Shown one piece after another: positions 58,627 through 64,000 of a DNA stretch of 64,000 bases. The translations under genes and the position numbers were made by a program. The stretch is from Thermodesulfobacteriota bacterium (lineage in GTDB: Bacteria > Desulfobacterota > Desulfarculia > JACQYL01), in contig CAXXLZ010000002.1 of NCBI GenBank assembly GCA_963675595.2, positions 1,504,001-1,568,000 on the forward strand, in the 5' to 3' direction. Positions within the stretch are counted from its first letter, which is position 1. Every line of letters starts with the position of its first letter. Under the pieces are notes generated by a model. That model was not told where the DNA came from and searched no databases. It saw only the letters and a program-made list of their open reading frames with translations.

Positions 58627-60457
58627 CTGATCTTTGACAGTTCAAAAAAACTAATGCAGTAATTTCAGCTGCTTATACGAAAAAGAAAGGTTTATGGCAC
58701 TACGTTTTGGTGCTCCTGGAGAGTCTGCAAAGTGGGCGGCGGTTTGAGGCCGACGGCTTGGAAGATGTGGTAGGCGCGGCCCTGGAATTCCGTTCTGAGG
58801 AGGTAGGACTTCTCCGTGACCTGTAGATGGATGGCTTTGAAGGCTTCGAGGTCCAGGAGAACTTGGTCCCAGGGGATGTCGATTTCTTTGGTCTTGAGCG
58901 TTTTCTGCAGCGCGATCTTCAGGTATAGGGCCAGGAAATTGCAGAAGATGTGACCTTGAACGCGTTGACACCGTTGGTGGAACACGGGCCTGACTTCCAG
59001 GGCCGATTTGAGGTCCCGGAAGGCTCTTTCCACCTGCCACAGGCGTTTGTAGGTGACCGCGACTTCATCGGCGGGAATGTCGGTACTGGTGAGGAGAACA
59101 TACTTGCCGTCGAAGCGGGCGTCGTCCTTGACCTTGGCGGGATCGATGCGCACGGTTTCCCGGTCGAGCTTGATGAATTTCCTGAAGCCCTTGTTTCCCA
59201 CCAGAGACTGGGGCCCCTGTTTTTTCAGGGTGGTTTTCAGTTTTTCCACAAGGGCCGATCGGGTGGCCTCGTCTTTGGCCGCTTGGTCTTGGTTGTAACA
59301 GAGGACGTAACGGCATCCGTTCAGATGAATCTCCTTGAACCACAAGGTGGGAGTGAGCGCTTGGTAGTAGCCCGGAGTGTCCACCACTTGGCCTCGGACA
59401 TCCTGGTAACGGCGCATGGGGATGCCCACGATGTAGTCGATACCGGCACGCTCCAGTTCCACCAGATTGTCGACGCCGACCATGCCGCGGTCCGAGACCA
59501 GGACCACGTTGTTCAGGGAGAACCGACGCTTGACCAGGGCGATGATGCGTTTGATGGTGGTGACGTCCGCCGTGTTCCCTTCCCAGAACTGACAGGAAAG
59601 GGGATATCCTTTTCGGGACATGACCACACCCACCAACACCTGTTTGCGGTCTGGACGATGGTCCTTGGAGAACCCGTACCGAGCCAACTCGGCAGGCCCC
59701 CGGCCCTCGAAGTAGACCGAGGTGGTGTCGAAGAAAACGAGATCCACCCCGTAATCGAAGAGGTCGCGCCCCCGACGGAAAAGTTCCTTCTCGATTTCGG
59801 GCTGATATTCGGCCAGGAAATCCATGGATCGATAGAGGTGCTGAAGTTCCAGGTCGTCAAAGCCTTCACCGTGGACGTTCTGAATCCAACGGCTCGCGGC
59901 GAGATCGGATCCCGGACGGACCAAGCGTTGGCAGACACAGGCAAAGACCGCGCGCTCCAGATCGAAGCGATAATCGGAGCGAGAAGCGAGAGATCGGAGT
60001 ACCACATCGAGCCCCAAGGTCTTCCAGAGTTTCTCGATCACCAGAACGGTTCCCCAGGACTTGGCCCAGTCTGCCTTGACACTACCTTCCTTATAAAGAT
60101 TGATGACTTGATTCCGGGTGGAGAACTTGGCGAGACTGGTAAGAACCCCGTCCAAGGCACCCGATTCACGGAGCTTGTCGAGACGACCCAGTGTACATAT
60201 AACTTTCTGTTTTACCTTCTTATCCTGGCGATAGTTCTCCACGATCTGAAGATATTCATGCTCGGATCCGCCGCTTTTGACCTTTTTGACGCGTGCAAAC
60301 ATGAAACAAATTGTACGGAATACAGGTCGGCGGAGTCAAGGAAAACATCGGACATATTGGCACTACGTTTGGAGCCTCGGAAAAAGGCCAGCCTAATCAT
60401 TTCGGTAAGTTAGGCGGGAGAGGCCCACTTTTTCACCCTCCAACTGTCAAAGATGAG
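58627..60457 (-). mobile_element. IS1634-family element, copy 2
   Basis: Same TIRs and length as copy 1, inverted; TSD TTTAA. Confidence 0.93.
58692..60302 (-). CDS. IS1634-family DDE transposase
   Basis: 536 aa, nearly identical to 40228..41838. Confidence 0.93.
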   Translation of the reverse strand: MFARVKKVKSGGSEHEYLQIVENYRQDKKVKQKVICTLGRLDKLRESGALDGVLTSLAKFSTRNQVINLYKEGSVKADWAKSWGTVLVIEKLWKTLGLDVVLRSLASRSDYRFDLERAVFACVCQRLVRPGSDLAASRWIQNVHGEGFDDLELQHLYRSMDFLAEYQPEIEKELFRRGRDLFDYGVDLVFFDTTSVYFEGRGPAELARYGFSKDHRPDRKQVLVGVVMSRKGYPLSCQFWEGNTADVTTIKRIIALVKRRFSLNNVVLVSDRGMVGVDNLVELERAGIDYIVGIPMRRYQDVRGQVVDTPGYYQALTPTLWFKEIHLNGCRYVLCYNQDQAAKDEATRSALVEKLKTTLKKQGPQSLVGNKGFRKFIKLDRETVRIDPAKVKDDARFDGKYVLLTSTDIPADEVAVTYKRLWQVERAFRDLKSALEVRPVFHQRCQRVQGHIFCNFLALYLKIALQKTLKTKEIDIPWDQVLLDLEAFKAIHLQVTEKSYLLRTEFQGRAYHIFQAVGLKPPPTLQTLQEHQNVVP

Positions 60458-61185
60458 TTTAAGCTGATCGATGAGCTCTTTCGAAAAGTCCGACTTGAAT
60501 TCTAATAGGCTTGATTTGAACATTTCTCGGAAGTCCTCAAGGAGTTCTATTGCTTTCGATTGCGCTTCTCCTTGTGGAATAAGATACTCCACCTCAGTTG
60601 TGTCATTAGATAGGGCTCTATGACCGATAAATAATGCGCTTGGTCCTGTTTTTCCCTGACCCTCTGTGCCAATGAGAGTGAGACACCTACCCGTTGATAA
60701 ATTAGTGTAGGGCGGGTAGGAGATGGAGCATGATGAAGCACAGAGAGAAAGAGAATCCGGATGAGGGAATCGTGGTAACGGAGGGAGTCCGTAGGACGAC
60801 CGGAGTTACCACGATCGGGAAGCACGTCACGGTCCCCGACCCGGAGGTTCCAGAGAAGAAGCCTCGTCGCAGATTTACAGCCCGGTACAAGCTGAGAATC
60901 CTGGAGGAAGCCGATGCGTGTACTGAACCGGGCCGGCTCGGGGCTCTACTTCGGCGAGAAGGCCTGTATTCTTCGAGTCTGGCGACATGGCGTAGACAAC
61001 GTGACCAGGGGCAGTTGAGTGCGCTTGGGCCAAAGAAGCGAGGCCGGAAGCCCAAGCAGAAGAACCCTATGGCAGAGCGGGTGGCCCGGCTTGAAAGGGA
61101 GAACCGCCGTCTCGAGAATCAACTGAAACAGGCGCGAACCATTGTCAAGCCCCCAGTTTTTGGTCCAGGAGTTATGAGAGTTTTA

Positions 61186-62094
61186 TCATGACTCGCGGTT
61201 TTCCATCCCCGGCCCTTGGGGCCACGGCGAAGCCGAGCTGAGCGAGGCGGAGTCGAGGCCCCAAGGGCTCGCCGCGAACTGGGCCGGGGTCATGTAATTC
61301 AATGCACTGTGCGGTCTTTCCTCGTTATAGACTTTCCGCCATTTGGCGGCCAGAGTCTGCGCTTCCTTGATGTTGTTGAAAATTTCCATGTTCAAGAATT
61401 CATCCCGAAAACGGCTGTTGAAACTTTCCACGTACCCGTTCTGCCAAGGGGCTCCCGGCTCGACGAAAAAGGTTCCCACTCCCAGGTCTTTCAGCCAATT
61501 TCTCACCTTTTGGGCTATAAATTCGGGACCGTTATCCGATCGAATGCCCGTTGGAACTCCCCGCTCGCCCATCAATCGGCTCAGCTCGTTCAAAACGTCT
61601 TCACCCGTAATGGAGCGGTTGATCCTCAGGGCCAGGTTTTCCCGAGTAAACTCGTCGACAATGGCCAAGCACTTGAACTGACGGCCGTCGACCAAGCGGT
61701 CATGAATGAAATCCAACGTCCAGACATCATTTGCAAAAGCCGCCTTACGCTTGTTGCACGCATTGGCATCAACTCCCAGGAAGCGTTTCTTCTTGGCTTT
61801 TCGAGGTACCTTGAATCCTTCCTCTTTCCAAAGTCTATGAATTCGCTTGTAGTTTACCGCCCACCCCGCATCACGCAGCAGCCGAGTGATCCTACGGCAT
61901 CCAAAACGGGGATGTTCTCCAACCAACCGGTGAAGAGCCTTGATCAGTTCCACCTCATCGTCCCGTTCCTTCGGCTCATAACGTTGGGTGGATCGGTGTT
62001 GACCGGCTACGCGGCAGGCCCGACGCTCTGAAGCGGCATGTTCACTTCGAACATAATCAACCGCTTTCCTACGACGCGCCGGGCTTAGAAGTTT
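61186..62094 (-). CDS. IS407-group OrfB (integrase core), reached by -1 frameshift
   Basis: SERRAC, WTLDF, RSDNGPEF, PWQNGYVESFN. Confidence 0.9.
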   Translation of the reverse strand, partial: KLLSPARRRKAVDYVRSEHAASERRACRVAGQHRSTQRYEPKERDDEVELIKALHRLVGEHPRFGCRRITRLLRDAGWAVNYKRIHRLWKEEGFKVPRKAKKKRFLGVDANACNKRKAAFANDVWTLDFIHDRLVDGRQFKCLAIVDEFTRENLALRINRSITGEDVLNELSRLMGERGVPTGIRSDNGPEFIAQKVRNWLKDLGVGTFFVEPGAPWQNGYVESFNSRFRDEFLNMEIFNNIKEAQTLAAKWRKVYNEERPHSALNYMTPAQFAASPWGLDSASLSSASPWPQGPGMENRES

Positions 62095-62366
62095 CCCTCC
62101 GCAAGATCCTTCAGCATTGCCTTGTCCAACATCAGATCGGCGACCAGCTTTTTTAAGCGTGCATTTTCCTTTTCCAGTTCTTTTAGCCGTTTGGCCTCCT
62201 CAGCCTTCATCCCCCCATACTGGTTTCGCCACCGGTGGTACGTCGCCTCGCTCACCTCCAGCGATTGGCAAACCTGCGCTATCGTCTGCCCTGCCGTCAG
62301 ACGACGGTCCGCGTCTTCAAGTTTCCGGATGATTTGCTCCGCGCTGTGTCTCTTTCTCTTGGCCAT
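62085..62366 (-). CDS. IS407-group OrfA
   Basis: HSAEQIIRKL, WRNQYGGM, RLKELEKENARLKK. Confidence 0.9.
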   Translation of the reverse strand: MAKRKRHSAEQIIRKLEDADRRLTAGQTIAQVCQSLEVSEATYHRWRNQYGGMKAEEAKRLKELEKENARLKKLVADLMLDKAMLKDLAEGNF

Positions 62367-62519
62367 GCAAAAAGTCTCCTTCCGTTCTTTGGGCATTCAG
62401 ACTCTCATTATACATGGACCAATTATCGGGGGGCATTCCACCATCATCGAAGTTCAAAAAAAAATCTCGGAGATACTGGGGATCGCTCAGCCGGACCTGG
62501 ACGACGACGGGAGCAGTTC

Positions 62520-63515
62520 ATGAGCGCGGCGATGGAGTTGCGCACCGAGGTAGGAACCGTGCAGGCATGTGGAGCCATGGGCCTGCCCCGTGCGAGTTTC
62601 TATCGCCTCCTGAAGCCGGCGGCGGCCCGCACACCGCGGCCGGCGCCTCCCTTGGCTCTGAACCCCCGGGAGCGGGAAACCGTGGTCGATCTGCTTAACA
62701 GCTCCCGTTTTCAGGATGATGCTCCCCGTCAGGTCTTTGCCGTCTTGCTCGATGAAGGACATTACTACTGCTCCATCCGGACCATGTACCGGATTCTCAA
62801 AGCGGAATCCGGTGATGTCAAAGAGCGAAGAAAGCAGGCGCGGCGGCCTGTCTATAAAAAGCCCGAGTTGCTTGCGACCGGACCCAACAAAGTGTGGTCC
62901 TGGGATATTACGAAGCTAAAAGGGCCTGTGAAGTGGACCTATTTCCATCTTTACGTGATCATGGACATCTTCAGCCGCTACGTGGTCGGCTGGATGGTGG
63001 CCCATCGGGAAAGCGCCGCTTTGGCCAGGCAGCTCATCGAAGAGACGTGCTTCAAGCAGGATATCAAGTCCGGCCAACTCATCATCCATGCGGATAGAGG
63101 CCCGGCGATGAAAGCGAAGTCCGTAGCCGAGTTCATGGGAGACATTGGAGTGACCAAGACCCACAGCCGACCCTATGTCAGCAATGATAACCCCTACTCG
63201 GAGGCGCAGTTTAAAACCCTCAAGTATTGCCCGAAATTCCCGAAACGGTTTGGATCAATCCAGGATGCCCGGTCTTTCTGCCGGGAGTTCTTCTCCTGGT
63301 ACAACCCCGAGCATCGGCATTCAGGCATCGGGTTGGTCACACCCGAACAGCTCCATTACGGACTCGCCCAGGACATTGTAGCGTGTCGCAGCCAAGTTCT
63401 TCGGGCTGCCTTCCGGAGCAACCCCAACCGTTTCAAAGGAAAGGTGCCACAGCCGCCAAAATTGCCCAAGGCCGCGTGGATCAACAAACCGTCGAGCGAT
63501 GACGTGAGAGTCTAA
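62520..63515 (+). CDS. IS3 OrfB transposase
   Basis: WSWDITKL, DIFSRY, HADRG, SNDNPYSEAQFKT. Confidence 0.9.
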   Translation: MSAAMELRTEVGTVQACGAMGLPRASFYRLLKPAAARTPRPAPPLALNPRERETVVDLLNSSRFQDDAPRQVFAVLLDEGHYYCSIRTMYRILKAESGDVKERRKQARRPVYKKPELLATGPNKVWSWDITKLKGPVKWTYFHLYVIMDIFSRYVVGWMVAHRESAALARQLIEETCFKQDIKSGQLIIHADRGPAMKAKSVAEFMGDIGVTKTHSRPYVSNDNPYSEAQFKTLKYCPKFPKRFGSIQDARSFCREFFSWYNPEHRHSGIGLVTPEQLHYGLAQDIVACRSQVLRAAFRSNPNRFKGKVPQPPKLPKAAWINKPSSDDVRV

Positions 63516-63550
63516 TTTCTGAAAACAGGTGTCTCATTTTCATTGACACA

Positions 63551-64000
63551 TTCCGTGAATGAGTTTTTCAATAGCTCGTCCGGTTGAATAGGTGAGGTAG
63601 GACAATGGTAAATCAAATATGATCTGGTGAAGATTTTCGATGCGACCATATCGTTTCTCAAACTCATGTTCATCAAAACGTATTTCATGCCCTTGCCGCT
63701 TGATATGTGTACAGATGATATCTTCAATTTTCCATCGAAAGGTATTCGCGTCTGTAATGTCCGCACCTGAGAGATTCGCGCTCGAGAGATCGGCGTGCAT
63801 CAAGATTGCCTTTTGCAGATTGGCCTCACGCATATTGGATCCGCTCATGTTAGCTTCCGTCAGATTGCAGAAGGCGAGGTTGGCCTTTTGGAAATCTATC
63901 CTGCATAGATACTTCATGCTGAGGTCTTGCCCGCTAAGGTTTGCACCGGCAAGAATAGCTGTGTTCAGTTTCGTATTAGTTAGATTCACTCCTCTCAAGT
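63551..64000 (-). pseudogene. Pentapeptide repeat protein, C-terminally cut by IS3; N-terminus outside the window
   Basis: A(N/D)LXX repeats; the terminal MCQ* is supplied by the IS end. Confidence 0.8.

Larger units (their letters stand above)
61143..62440 (-). mobile_element. IS3 family, IS407-group element
   Basis: TG...CA ends with TGGACCA inverted motif; 4-bp TSD CCAT; G GGA AAC slippery site at 62097-62091. Confidence 0.9.
60730..62523 (+). pseudogene. IS3 OrfA split by the nested element
   Basis: Removing 61143-62440 and one CCAT restores ...QARTIIEVQKKISEILG...SSS*. Confidence 0.85.
60599..63550 (+). mobile_element. IS3-family element interrupted by a nested IS
   Basis: TGTGTCATT...AATGAGAGTGAGACACC left end and GGTGTCTCATTTTCATTGACACA right end; orfA/orfB. 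Confidence 0.88.

Noticed and set aside
40073-60457. Composite transposon bounded by the IS1634 pair
   Set aside because: Each copy has its own TSD (TCAAA and TTTAA) and the outer flanks do not match each other

Overview
A GC-rich bacterial window. Gene content and repeat families suggest Desulfobacterota/Syntrophobacterales, which is an inference. The left ~35 kb is an energy and stress block: a frameshifted ABC1/UbiB kinase, UbiA-family prenyltransferase, radical SAM/SPASM protein, cydAB, a complete nuo operon with a NuoBCD triple fusion, GH15, gnd, tal-pgi, zwf, sodC, USP and a P3A-type H+-ATPase. A decaying NifX/IscU module follows. The right ~27 kb is an IS-rich accessory region with two IS1634 copies, IS21, an IS66/IS630 chimera, an IS1182/IS5-like element and an IS407-group element nested in an IS3. 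It carries two candidate undescribed systems. (1) A surface cassette: a lipoprotein with a thaumatin-like domain, a chlamydial-MOMP-like barrel and a beta-helix protein. (2) A split transketolase, epimerase, GT2, TIGR03032-like protein and an atypical sulfotransferase-fold protein, next to an IPTL-CTERM protein. At least three families of intergenic palindromic/MITE-like repeats recur. No rRNA, tRNA or CRISPR array was recognised. All family calls come from motif reading, not database searches.
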